A stretch of DNA of 59,674 nucleotides, filler included. It is 5 parts of 5 records of this genome, joined end to end, with 100 filler letters (N's around TTAATTAATTAA, not from the genome) between each part and the next. Parts side by side here need not be neighbours in the genome. Positions count along the whole stretch, not along the records: positions 1 to 15,175 come from DRR723986_2460; 4 more parts are not named here. One strand, written 5' to 3'. The first letter of the stretch is position 1. Each line of letters opens with the position of its first letter. Position numbers and translations under genes: made by a program. Under the pieces are notes generated by a model. The model searched no databases, had not been told where the DNA came from, and saw only the letters and a list, made by a program, of their open reading frames with translations. Below, piece after piece: positions 1 through 9,502 of this stretch.

Positions 1-730
1 TGAGCGGAAAGTTATGCCCGGCCGGCAACGCACAAAGAAACCGCGTTTCGGGTGTCAGGTCGCAAATTTCCGCGCTGGCCCTGACGCTATAGTCGTAGTC
101 GTTGTGCGTGCGTGGGATCAGCTTCGGTGTACCCGTGCTGCCGCCGGACAGTTGGAAGAAGGCGACTTCGCCTGGGGGTGTCGGGCCGTAGTCGGGGGCA
201 ACGCCGTCCGGAGCACTTTCGATCCAGTGTGACAGGCTCGAGGCGGGATCTGCTTCGTCCATAAGAAGAACAGTGAGAGCACCGTCCTGCATTTCCTGCA
301 GGCTGCCGATGAAGTCGTCCGTCCGGAACAGCTCATGTTGGCGGCTGGCGATCAGAAGTTTCGGTTCGATCTGCCGGGCATAGGCCGTCATCTCGTGACG
401 TCGATGGCTGTAAAGCGCGTTGACCGGTGCAATGCCGGCCTTCAGCAACGCAAAAAAGGCGATGTAGAACTCGGCGAGGTTTGGCAGCTGCACCAGTGCG
501 GTGTCACCGGGACCCAACCCTTTTGCCGCCAATCTTGCAGCCAGATTGGAGGACAGCCGGTCGAGTGCGTCATAGGAAAGGGTTCGCTCGCCGCACACGA
601 TCGCCGGCGCGGCGGGACGCGTTTGCCTTTGTTGATCCAGAATTCGGGTCAATGGCTGATCGATCCAGTAGGCACAGGAGCGGTAATGCGCTGCCAGTTC
701 CTCTGGCCAGCGCTGAAATTCGACGTTCAT
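1..730 (-). CDS. entE: 2,3-dihydroxybenzoate-AMP ligase (aryl-acid adenylation enzyme), 3'-truncated by window edge
   Basis: Not in the ORF track because it runs off the edge. Manual translation from ATG at 730: MNVEFQRWPEELAAHYRSCAYWIDQPL...ALVQLPNLAEFY...FFQLSGGSTGTPKLIPRTHNDYDYS...LPAGHNFPL. These are EntE/DhbE motifs, and the gene lies directly downstream of isochorismate synthase. Confidence 0.93.
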   Translation of the reverse strand, partial: MNVEFQRWPEELAAHYRSCAYWIDQPLTRILDQQRQTRPAAPAIVCGERTLSYDALDRLSSNLAARLAAKGLGPGDTALVQLPNLAEFYIAFFALLKAGIAPVNALYSHRRHEMTAYARQIEPKLLIASRQHELFRTDDFIGSLQEMQDGALTVLLMDEADPASSLSHWIESAPDGVAPDYGPTPPGEVAFFQLSGGSTGTPKLIPRTHNDYDYSVRASAEICDLTPETRFLCALPAGHNFPL

Positions 731-763
731 TGGAAAACCTGATTGTTTGATAAGGTCAGGGGC

Positions 764-1945
764 TCAGGCGGCGAGGCCGCAAGCCTTGAGCATGGTGCCC
801 AGTTTGGTCTGAACTTCGGCCCATTCGCAGTCCGGTTGAGAGGCCTCAACGATGCCGGCGCCTGCGAAAAGCCGCACGACGTCACGCTCAACGATGCCGC
901 AGCGGATGGTGATGGCCCATTCACCGTTGCCCTGGGCGTCGCACCAGCCGACAATCCCGGTGAAAAGCCCGCGCTCGAAGGGTTCGACAAACCGGATGAG
1001 ACGGTGAGCCAGCTCTGTTGGATATCCGCAGACAGCCGGCGTCGGATGCAGGAGGCATGCTAGCTGCAACACGGTCATCGACGGGTCGTTCAGCTGTCCC
1101 TCGATCCTGGTGGACAAATGCCACAAAGCCGCTGTGCCAAGAAGCGACGGCTGATCCGGCACATCGATCTGTGAGCAATAGGGTTGCAGCAATCGGTGAA
1201 TGTCCTCGACGACCAGCCTGTGCTCGTAGCGATCCTTTTCGGAGCGAAGCAATTCAGTGCCGGCGTCCCTGTCGGCGGCGAGTTCGGGCAGGCGTCTGGT
1301 CGACCCCGCTAGCGGGTTTGACGTGAACGAGCGGCCGTTCTTGCGAATGAGCAATTCCGGACTGACGCCGATCAGCTCGCTGCCATCCGGAAGTGGCACC
1401 TGGAACTGATAGCCGTCGGTGTTCTGAGCCCGCAAGCTTGTCATGAGCCGCTCGACATCGACAGGCTCTGCAAATTGCAGTTCCCGTATGACCGAAAGAA
1501 CGGCCTTGCGGACATCACTGTGCTGGAAGTTGACGATGGCGTGTTGGACGGCCCGTTTGAAGCCGGCCTCATCCGGATAACTCCGCTGTGCTAGCAGCTC
1601 CGGCATGATGCGTTTGGAGACGGCGCCTCCGTTCGGCTCCTTGCAGGTGCGCCATTCATGGCGTTCAGGCACGTAGAGGCAGGACACCTCACCGAGATCG
1701 AACGGAATGGCACCAACGACAATCGGGTTTTCCTGGCCAGCATTGCGGGCGCGTTCCAGGGCTGCGCCAACCGTCGCTTGAAACAGGTCGCCCGAAGTTT
1801 TTCCGGACCGGGCCGGGACGGCAATCCGCTCGCGAATTCCATCTGCATGCAGTTCGTTTCCGCCTGAAGTGAACAGAAATTTTCGCTTGGGATCAGGCTG
1901 GATGGCCACGTCTTCGTGGCGCATCACTCTCGCTCCGGTTGCCAT
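764..1945 (-). CDS. entC: Isochorismate synthase
   Basis: MST-family motifs [43 protein letters not shown]. Start placed at ATG 1945 after an AGGAG RBS. Confidence 0.92.
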   Translation of the reverse strand: MATGARVMRHEDVAIQPDPKRKFLFTSGGNELHADGIRERIAVPARSGKTSGDLFQATVGAALERARNAGQENPIVVGAIPFDLGEVSCLYVPERHEWRTCKEPNGGAVSKRIMPELLAQRSYPDEAGFKRAVQHAIVNFQHSDVRKAVLSVIRELQFAEPVDVERLMTSLRAQNTDGYQFQVPLPDGSELIGVSPELLIRKNGRSFTSNPLAGSTRRLPELAADRDAGTELLRSEKDRYEHRLVVEDIHRLLQPYCSQIDVPDQPSLLGTAALWHLSTRIEGQLNDPSMTVLQLACLLHPTPAVCGYPTELAHRLIRFVEPFERGLFTGIVGWCDAQGNGEWAITIRCGIVERDVVRLFAGAGIVEASQPDCEWAEVQTKLGTMLKACGLAA

Positions 1946-1967
1946 GGAGCATCTCCTATATGAATGG

Positions 1968-1995
1968 TTGACCTGCTTCAATACTTGAGTATGAT
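1968..1995 (+). promoter_or_regulatory. Putative sigma70 promoter for the NRPS genes
   Basis: TTGACC (1968-1973), 16-nt spacer, TATGAT (1990-1995). A perfect TTGACA also lies on the minus strand at 2006-2011, facing entC. Confidence 0.55.
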
Positions 1996-2000
1996 ACTCA
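1986..2000. promoter_or_regulatory. Iron-responsive operator-like palindrome (TGA-N9-TCA; RirA/IRO type)
   Basis: TGAGTAT-G-ATACTCA is a perfect 7-bp inverted repeat between the divergent siderophore operons and overlaps the -10 element. Confidence 0.7.
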
Positions 2001-2025
2001 TGTTTTGTCAACACCAAAAGTCGCA

Positions 2026-3684
2026 ATGAAAAATCTTACACCCATGCAGGCTGCTTACTGGACCGGGCGCGAGGCCAAGGGCTTCCTCGGAAATGTATCA
2101 GCTCATCTTTATGTGGAATTCGATGGCAACAACATCGATCCGACCCGGCTGGAGGAGGCGGTTCGCAAACTCTATGAGACGCATGCCATGCTTCGCATGC
2201 AAATCACGGCGGATGGCCGGCAAATCATTGGAAAAAAAGAAGAAAGCCTGTCTTTCGAGGTTGAGGATCTGAGTCGTCTCAAGCCGCAAGCACTCGCCCA
2301 TCGACTGGCGGAAAAGCGGGAAAGCTGGACCAGTCGATCGCTGGACCTTGCCAGCGGAGAGACGTCCGCATTCGGACTTAGCCTTCTACCCGATGGTGCA
2401 AGCCGTTTGCATGTCGACACGGATATGGCGGCGATCGATCCGCCGAGTTTCTGCCTCCTCATGGAGGACCTTGCCCGGTACCACGAAATGCCCTCATTGC
2501 CGGTGGAGCCCAGGGAAAGCAGCTTTTTCGACTGGCTGGACGCTAAAGCCGACGATGCGGATTTGCACAGGCGTCAGCAGGAAGACAAGCGCTGGTGGCA
2601 AGAGCGTCTGGATGACATGCCGCCGGCTCCCGATCTGCCGGTCGTTGCCGCTGGCCAACGGGTCAAAAGCGGCAGGCTCGCCGCCTATCTGTCGCCTGCT
2701 GAACGCAGGTCACTGGAAGAGACCGCGCGCCGGCTGCGCGTGACGGTGTCGGCGTTATTGCTGGGGTTGTTCGCCGCCGTTGTGGGCGGGGCCACCGGCA
2801 GCGGCCGTTTTCGTCTCAACGTGCCGATGTTCTGGCGTGCTCCTTACACCGCCGGTGTCGAGCGGCTTGTCGGAGACTTTTCCAACACCCTCATTCTGGC
2901 GGTCGATCTACGGCCCGGGGAGACCTACGAAGAGGTTTGCAAATCTCTGGCCGGCAGAATGCTGGACCTGCTCGCCCATTCTGCCTATCCGGGTGTCAGC
3001 GTGATGCGTGATCTGTCGCGCCATCATCGGTGCCTGCAGTCTGCTCCCATCGTGTTTACCTCCGGCCTCGGTCTGCCGGGGGGAGGCCTCTTTTCCGAAC
3101 GTGTCCGTCAGGTTTTCGGATCGATGAACTGGGCCGTGTCACAAGGGCCGCAAGTTGCCCTGGATGCTCAAGTTGCGGAACTGGACGGCGGTATCCTGCT
3201 CAACTGGGATATCCGATATGACGCACTGCCCGAAGCCTGGGTCGATGCCGCGTTCAAGAGCTATGAGCGGCTCGCGAGGAAAGTTGCGGCCGAACCGCGG
3301 TCACTTGGCGAACAGGCGGTTTGCAGCGTCATGACGTGCGGCTCTGCAAGACGGCCCGCCACATACACCGAAGACATGCTTCTGGAACTGTTGAACCGGC
3401 TGGCGCCGGGCAGGGTGACTGGCAGTGACGCTGACATGCATCTCCCTATCCGGGATTTCGGACTGGGCGAGGGCGATCTTGCGGACTTCGTCACCTTTCT
3501 CAATCGTTACATTCCGTCTGCAGCCATTGCACCGGAGGACATTGGGCCTGCGAGCACAACTGCTGCCCTGGCATCCCTGATCAACGATCGCTCCGGCAAG
3601 GCGTCGGACAGCATCGCACGAGCTTTTCTGCAGGCGGTTGGCGCAAGTAGCCGTATTTCGCTTGCAGCTCAACCTGCCGAATAG
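2026..3684 (+). CDS. Stand-alone NRPS heterocyclization (Cy) domain protein with a C-terminal degenerate carrier-like domain
   Basis: Cy motifs LTPMQAAYW, DMAAIDPPS (DxxxxDxxS), PIVFTS, SQGPQVALD. The C-terminal ~100 aa resemble a carrier protein (DFGLGEGDL, no Ser). Confidence 0.88.
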   Translation: MKNLTPMQAAYWTGREAKGFLGNVSAHLYVEFDGNNIDPTRLEEAVRKLYETHAMLRMQITADGRQIIGKKEESLSFEVEDLSRLKPQALAHRLAEKRESWTSRSLDLASGETSAFGLSLLPDGASRLHVDTDMAAIDPPSFCLLMEDLARYHEMPSLPVEPRESSFFDWLDAKADDADLHRRQQEDKRWWQERLDDMPPAPDLPVVAAGQRVKSGRLAAYLSPAERRSLEETARRLRVTVSALLLGLFAAVVGGATGSGRFRLNVPMFWRAPYTAGVERLVGDFSNTLILAVDLRPGETYEEVCKSLAGRMLDLLAHSAYPGVSVMRDLSRHHRCLQSAPIVFTSGLGLPGGGLFSERVRQVFGSMNWAVSQGPQVALDAQVAELDGGILLNWDIRYDALPEAWVDAAFKSYERLARKVAAEPRSLGEQAVCSVMTCGSARRPATYTEDMLLELLNRLAPGRVTGSDADMHLPIRDFGLGEGDLADFVTFLNRYIPSAAIAPEDIGPASTTAALASLINDRSGKASDSIARAFLQAVGASSRISLAAQPAE

Positions 3685-3700
3685 ATCCGCTGGAGACATC

Positions 3701-6700
3701 ATGACATCCGAACTGACGTCGCTGCAGCGCGCGTACCTCCTTGGCAGAAGCGAATATGTGCCTCTCGGCGGTGTCGCGATGCAGGAGTTTCGCGAGTATC
3801 GCGGTCGCTTCAACCTCGCTCTTCTGGAGCGCCGGCTGCTCCATCTGGCGGAGCGATATGACAGCCTGCGGACGGTTGTCGACGGCCAAAGCCAATCGAG
3901 ACACGTCCTGGCAACGCCGCAGGTCGATTTCCTCCGCATCGATCTGTCCGATCAGACGCCGGAAAGTGCTGAGCAAAAGATCGCCGAGTTGAAGCAGGGG
4001 TTTTCCCATGAGCTGTTCGACCTGACAGCACCGCCCTGGCGGGTCGTCGCGTTTCAGCTGCCCGAAACGGCCGGCGAGACCGGAGATGACTGTGCAATCT
4101 TCTTCCGGTTCGATGCGCTGATCCTGGACGGTTTTTCCATAGCTGCGCTGATGGTTGAACTGTTCGAGGATCGACAGATCGAATCCGCGGCAAGCTTGCC
4201 TGTTCCTTCTGCCATACAGCCGATCAAGAGCCAGAACGAGGCTGATGCAAACTACTGGAAGGCCAAGCTCCGGTCTTACGAAGGCGTGCCGAAGCTTCCC
4301 TGGGCGAAATCTCTGGAGACCATTGGAACCTCTCACTATGCGCGCGCCGGTTTGACGATCGATACAGCGCGATTCCGCAAGCTCACGCGCATGGGGGCAA
4401 AGGCGGGCCTCTTTCGCAATACGGTGCTGTCGGCCGTGATCCTGGAAGTTCTGTCGCACTGGTTGAGTGAAGGGAGCCTTCATGTCGGTGTACCGGCGGC
4501 CCCGCGAACGGAAGGGGGCTACCAAAACGGGTCGACATTCTTTGCCGTCGCCTGGGACGGGCAGGGAACAGACGATTTTGTTGCCAGGGCAAGGGCCTTG
4601 CAGGACGACGTTCTGGAGGGGCTGGATCACCTGTCGTTTTCCGGCGTCGACATCAGCCGGTTCCTGATAGACCTCGGAGGTGGTGCAAGTGGTGTCGCCC
4701 TGCCGGTTGTCCTCACGAACGGGCTGTCCTGGCCAGTGCTCTCCTCCGATGCGCACGTTCGCCTGCATGACGGACTGACACAGACACCGCAGGTCGCATT
4801 GGACATTCGCCTGGGTGCGTTGGCCAACGGAGGCCTGGCGATCGATATCGATCATGCCGTCGAAGCTATCGAGCGTACCGTCATTGATGAAATTCTTGCA
4901 GCAATCGACAGGGCCGTGACCGCCATCTGCGAAAGCGAAGAGCTTCAGGTCGAAGCGCGAAACGTGCTGGATTTCGACCACTATCGGTTCAACATGCGGG
5001 AGGAGACTTATGCCGCCTGCGGGTTCCTGAGGCGGGTTGCCGACAATATGTTTTCAGCACCGCCGGAAAACGACGCGCTCGTCTGCGGTGCCCGTCGGGT
5101 CTCCTATGCAGAGCTCGGCAGGGGCGTCCACAAGGTGCTGGCGTCTCTCGCGGCCCGAAACCTTCAAAAGGGAAATGTTGCGGTTCTTGCGCTGCCGCGT
5201 TCTCCTGAACAGACGATGGTGACGCTGGCCTGTGCGCTGCGTGGGGTAATCTGGGTTCCCGTGGATGCGTCTGCCCCAGAAGAGCGCAGAAAATTTCTCT
5301 GCGACAATTGCAAGCCAGACCTGGTCGTCGGAACGCAGCCGGTTGAGGGCTACGACGTCGTTTCTGCTGAGACGCTGCTGCAGGGAGACCCCTCCGGCGA
5401 CGTATTTGACTTCATGCCAACGCTTCAGGAGCTTTCGTCCAGTTCGGAGGCTGCGTACTATCTTTATACGTCAGGCACGACCGGGAAACCGAAATGCGTC
5501 GTGTTGTCCAACCGATCGACCGACAACGTCATCGGCAGCACCAATGCGGAGTGGGAAATCACTTCAGATGACATCTTCATTTCAGTCAGTCCGTTGCATC
5601 ACGACATGTCTGTCTACGAGGTCTTCGGGTGTCTGACCGCTGGCGGAACGCTGGTTCAACCTGCTGAAGGCGAGGAGAAGGATGCGGTTCGGTGGAACCA
5701 GCTGATTGACGCGCACGGCGTAACGATCTGGTCGTCGGTTCCGACAATCTTCGAGATGCTGCTTTCCTGTCGTCAAGAGCCGGAACTTGCCAACTTGCGC
5801 CTGATCAACCAGGGCGGCGACTACCTCAAACCGGCGGTGATCGCAGATGTAAGGCGCAGCAACCCGGCTATCCGACTGAGTTCAATCGGCGGACCGACCG
5901 AAACCACGATCTGGAGTATCTGGCACAGGATCTGTCCGGAAGATACAGGCAACATACCTTATGGCCGACCGCTGCCGGCAAACCGGTATTTCGTGCTCAA
6001 CGAGAAAGGTGAGCACTGCCCTGTCGGTGTTGTTGGCCGTATCCATTCTTCGGGTGTGAACACGGCGCTCGGATATCTGGAAGGCGGCGAGTTGCGGCAG
6101 CATGACTTCGTCATGATCCGGGATGAGCACGGAGAGCCGGTTCGCGCATTCCGATCCGGAGACCGGGGGCGATACAGGCGCGACGGCCTGATCCTGTTCG
6201 ACAGCCGCGTTCAGGGCTACGTCAAGGTGCGCGGCGTCCGCATTTCCATGCCTGACGTCGAGAATGAACTTGTGAAACACCCTGACGTCGCCCGCGTTCT
6301 ACTGACGGATCTTGGAGACGAACGCCGTGGGGAAACCGAATTGGGCGCCCTTTATGAACCGGTTCCAGGAAGCGGACTTTCCGATGCGGACCTTCGGCAT
6401 TTTGCAAGACAGCACCTGCAGGAATCCCACGTTCCCGCATACTTTTTGAAGGTGGATAGCATTCCTCTGTCTGCCAATGGAAAACCGGATCGAAGGGCTG
6501 CAAGGCAATTGCTTGCAAATTTCCCTTCCAGACAACCGGTGCCGCGAAGGAAAACATCCCCGGCAAACCGGCGGCTTCTCGACATCTATCTGGAGGTCGT
6601 CGGCTGCGGATCAACGTCAGCCCTAAATGGGGCTACCGACTTCCTGTCGATGGGGCTGTTACCGTCGCATATCAAGACGATCGCTCAGCGCATCTCCGAC

Positions 6701-6790
6701 GAATTCGGCGTCGCTCTGCCGCCAAAGCAACTTCTCACGTGCCGAAACGCGAACCAGGTGGAGGAACTCGTTTCCCGAGAGCTGCCTTGA
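3701..6790 (+). CDS. NRPS Cy-A-(carrier-like) protein, VibF/AngR-like
   Basis: Cy motifs FDALILDGFS and TQTPQVALD. A-domain motifs YTSGTTGKPK, GGPTETTIW, PYGRPL, SGDRG, NGKPDR. C-terminal DFLSMGLLPS. ATG at 3701 after a GGAG RBS. Confidence 0.92.
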   Translation: MTSELTSLQRAYLLGRSEYVPLGGVAMQEFREYRGRFNLALLERRLLHLAERYDSLRTVVDGQSQSRHVLATPQVDFLRIDLSDQTPESAEQKIAELKQGFSHELFDLTAPPWRVVAFQLPETAGETGDDCAIFFRFDALILDGFSIAALMVELFEDRQIESAASLPVPSAIQPIKSQNEADANYWKAKLRSYEGVPKLPWAKSLETIGTSHYARAGLTIDTARFRKLTRMGAKAGLFRNTVLSAVILEVLSHWLSEGSLHVGVPAAPRTEGGYQNGSTFFAVAWDGQGTDDFVARARALQDDVLEGLDHLSFSGVDISRFLIDLGGGASGVALPVVLTNGLSWPVLSSDAHVRLHDGLTQTPQVALDIRLGALANGGLAIDIDHAVEAIERTVIDEILAAIDRAVTAICESEELQVEARNVLDFDHYRFNMREETYAACGFLRRVADNMFSAPPENDALVCGARRVSYAELGRGVHKVLASLAARNLQKGNVAVLALPRSPEQTMVTLACALRGVIWVPVDASAPEERRKFLCDNCKPDLVVGTQPVEGYDVVSAETLLQGDPSGDVFDFMPTLQELSSSSEAAYYLYTSGTTGKPKCVVLSNRSTDNVIGSTNAEWEITSDDIFISVSPLHHDMSVYEVFGCLTAGGTLVQPAEGEEKDAVRWNQLIDAHGVTIWSSVPTIFEMLLSCRQEPELANLRLINQGGDYLKPAVIADVRRSNPAIRLSSIGGPTETTIWSIWHRICPEDTGNIPYGRPLPANRYFVLNEKGEHCPVGVVGRIHSSGVNTALGYLEGGELRQHDFVMIRDEHGEPVRAFRSGDRGRYRRDGLILFDSRVQGYVKVRGVRISMPDVENELVKHPDVARVLLTDLGDERRGETELGALYEPVPGSGLSDADLRHFARQHLQESHVPAYFLKVDSIPLSANGKPDRRAARQLLANFPSRQPVPRRKTSPANRRLLDIYLEVVGCGSTSALNGATDFLSMGLLPSHIKTIAQRISDEFGVALPPKQLLTCRNANQVEELVSRELP

Positions 6791-6867
6791 TTGGCCTCAA
6801 GACGTTCCGTTTTCCAACCTTGCGAATAATTCCGTCGTCATTTGACATCGAAAAAGGAGTTTCGTTC

Positions 6868-8253
6868 ATGCCGGACATCGGTCCAACCGGTGAGATGCCG
6901 CTGACGCTGCCACAGCTCGACTTCTGGGAAGAATTCACCTTTCATCCCGACCAGCCCGTGTCGACGGTCGCGCATTACATCGAGCTTGAAGGCGATATTG
7001 ACGAGCCTGCGCTGACCAGGGCGATCACACGCACCATCCGCGAGGCCGAGATCCTGTCGGCACGGTTCCGGGTGAGCCCGGATGGCGGAGCGCCGGTTCA
7101 GGTCTGCGATCCGGAATTTCTGCCCGCGCTTGTACAGTTGGACTTGCGCGAGGATGCCGAGCCACTTGCGGTCGCCAGAAAGCGGATGGAAACCGATCTG
7201 GCCGCAAAACTGGATTTGCGGCACGATAAACTGTCGGCGCATGCGCTTTACCGCGTCGGGGAGAGAATTTACCTCTGGTACATCCGCGCTCACCATATCA
7301 TCGTCGATGGCTATGGTCTGGCGCTGATCGAACAGCGTTGTGCCGAGCTGTACAATCATTATCGCGGCAAGGGCGATGCCGGTCTGCCATTCCATCCGCT
7401 GGCAAGTTTTCTGTCTGAAGAGGCTCGATATCAGGAGAGCCGGCAGTGGAACGAAGACAAGGCGTTCTGGTCGGACTATTTCGCAAGTGCCGCCGACATC
7501 GAAGTTTTGGAGCGGGGAGATGAAGACTATGGTGGCCCCGGCTATCACGCTCAGGTTTCCCTATTTCCGGAGTTCACGCGAAACCTGCAGGCAACCGCTG
7601 CGGCGGTTGAAATTGGCTGGCCGGATCTCCTGACACTGCTCGGCGGTCTCTATCTTCTGGGCGAACGGGCCGGTCGGCAAATGCCGCCCGAGAATGCGTT
7701 GACACTCTGGCTTCCATTCATGAGCAGGTGGGGCAGTGTGGGGGCGCATTTGCCGGCGCTGCTGGTCAACATTCTGCCGTTCCGGATGGAGGTGAACAGA
7801 ACCGACACTCTGGCAGATTTTCTGAAAGGCTCGGCCGCTGAGCTGAAACGCCAAAGGCGATACAGCCGCTACCGTATCGAGCAGATTTCACAAGACCAGG
7901 GGCTGACAGAAGGTAGCCGGTACTTCTTCTCTCCCCTGATCAACGTGCTGCCCTTCAATGCACCGGCTTTCACCGGTTGCAGGTCTCGCCGCCACATTCT
8001 TGGCAGTGGCCCCGCTGACGGCTTCAATCTCACTTTCCGAGGGGAGGATGACGCAAGCAACCTGACCCTGTGCCTGGACGCCGATCCCAGCATGATGAGC
8101 TCACAGGCTTTCAGCGAACACGAAAAGAAACTGCCGTCATTCCTGTCAGATGCACTTCAGCCGGAATGGCTGACACGACCGGTCGGCGATGTCCTTGGAA
8201 CAACCTGCTCGTCCGCTCTGTTTGACGCAGCTGTACAGCGATTTCCGATGTAG
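6868..8253 (+). CDS. Free-standing condensation domain, VibH-like aryl-polyamine amide synthase
   Basis: HHIIVDG catalytic motif plus TVAH, LWLPFMSRWGS and RYRIEQI, which I recall from VibH. ATG at 6868 after AAGGAG. Confidence 0.85.
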   Translation: MPDIGPTGEMPLTLPQLDFWEEFTFHPDQPVSTVAHYIELEGDIDEPALTRAITRTIREAEILSARFRVSPDGGAPVQVCDPEFLPALVQLDLREDAEPLAVARKRMETDLAAKLDLRHDKLSAHALYRVGERIYLWYIRAHHIIVDGYGLALIEQRCAELYNHYRGKGDAGLPFHPLASFLSEEARYQESRQWNEDKAFWSDYFASAADIEVLERGDEDYGGPGYHAQVSLFPEFTRNLQATAAAVEIGWPDLLTLLGGLYLLGERAGRQMPPENALTLWLPFMSRWGSVGAHLPALLVNILPFRMEVNRTDTLADFLKGSAAELKRQRRYSRYRIEQISQDQGLTEGSRYFFSPLINVLPFNAPAFTGCRSRRHILGSGPADGFNLTFRGEDDASNLTLCLDADPSMMSSQAFSEHEKKLPSFLSDALQPEWLTRPVGDVLGTTCSSALFDAAVQRFPM

Positions 8254-8342
8254 TGACGCGTCAACAGGGACTGACTGCCTTTGGGAGGGGAGGGCAGCGT
8301 CCGCTGAAAAACAAGTGGCAAGCCGGTCGGATACGAGTTGGA

Positions 8343-9362
8343 CTACCGGCCAGGTGGGGGCGCGAAACTCTCTGTTATGGCCATCGTGGCAGGCCAGACA
8401 ATCCTGGTCTTGTGGCTGTTGTCGCGCAGCACTTGCAGAACTTCCCTCGCGATTGTTCGCCCGAGCTGCTCCAGATCGATCTCGAATGCCGTTACCGGCG
8501 GGTTGAGGAAGCGAAGGAGCTTGCTTCTGCGGAGTGTTGCAACCGACAGGTCCTTGCCCGGTGAGAGCCCGACGTCCTGTAGGGCCGAGTAAACGCCAAA
8601 GGCCATCAGTTCGTAGTTCAGCAGCAGCGCGGTCGCCCGGTTGGGCATTTCCAGGATCTGGCGGGTCACCTGATTGCCGCCGGACTCGCTGACTTCACAC
8701 TCGAAGATCAGACCGGGATCGAATTCCAGCCCCGTTTCGGCAACTGCGTTTTCATAGGCTTCGCGCAACACACTGGCGATGTTGGATCGGGTTGGCGGCA
8801 CGGTAATGGCAATGCGTTTGTGCCCGAGAGCCACCAGCTTGCGGATTGTCTGATCGACATATCCTTCGAAATCGAGATCGATCCAGGGGTGCTGGTCTTC
8901 CAGGCGTGACCTTCCGAGTGTCAGGAACGGGAGCCGTGACTTGAGCAGGAACTCGATCCGCGGATCGTTCTTCATGGTCGCGGTTACAACAATGGCGTCC
9001 GCTGTGCCACGCGCGATCACGCGTTTCAGGAACTCCGTCGGATCGTTGGCGGAATGGCAGGGCAGGATGATGAGATCATAGCCTTGGTCGTCGAGTTCGG
9101 CCTGCATGGCGTCTATCACGCGCATGAAGAAGTTGTCGCCGCTCCTGAGTTCCGACTGCCCGGTTTCAAGCATGAAGGCGATTGTCTGCGTTGTTCCACG
9201 ACGCAGCGAACGGCCCGAAGCGTTCGCACTGTAGCCGAGTTCAACTGCGGCATTGAGCACACGCTCTCGGGTCTTTGCGTTTACATCCGGCTTGTCGTTC
9301 AGCGCTCGCGAAACGGTTCCGATAGAGATCCCAAGATGTTGCGCGAGGTCTTTTATGTTCAA
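8343..9362 (-). CDS. LacI-family transcriptional regulator
   Basis: N-terminal HTH NIKDLAQHLGISIGTVSRALN and a sugar-binding domain. TTG start at 9362 after AGGAG. Confidence 0.93.
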   Translation of the reverse strand: MNIKDLAQHLGISIGTVSRALNDKPDVNAKTRERVLNAAVELGYSANASGRSLRRGTTQTIAFMLETGQSELRSGDNFFMRVIDAMQAELDDQGYDLIILPCHSANDPTEFLKRVIARGTADAIVVTATMKNDPRIEFLLKSRLPFLTLGRSRLEDQHPWIDLDFEGYVDQTIRKLVALGHKRIAITVPPTRSNIASVLREAYENAVAETGLEFDPGLIFECEVSESGGNQVTRQILEMPNRATALLLNYELMAFGVYSALQDVGLSPGKDLSVATLRRSKLLRFLNPPVTAFEIDLEQLGRTIAREVLQVLRDNSHKTRIVWPATMAITESFAPPPGR

Positions 9363-9387
9363 GGACAGGGGCTCCTGAAAAGATTTC

Positions 9388-9452
9388 CGAAAACGTTTAC
9401 GAAACTTCTTGACACAAAGTTCCATCGTAATCTAGCGTCGTAAACGTTTACG
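9388..9452. promoter_or_regulatory. Two LacI-type operators flanking a putative promoter
   Basis: CGAAAACGTTTACG (9388-9401) and the perfect palindrome CGTAAACGTTTACG (9439-9452), both with a central CG. TTGACA lies at 9409-9414. Confidence 0.8.
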
Positions 9453-9502
9453 GAGCCCGGAAAGACGAAAGGTCACAACCGCGCCCGATGGGAGGAAATC
9501 AC

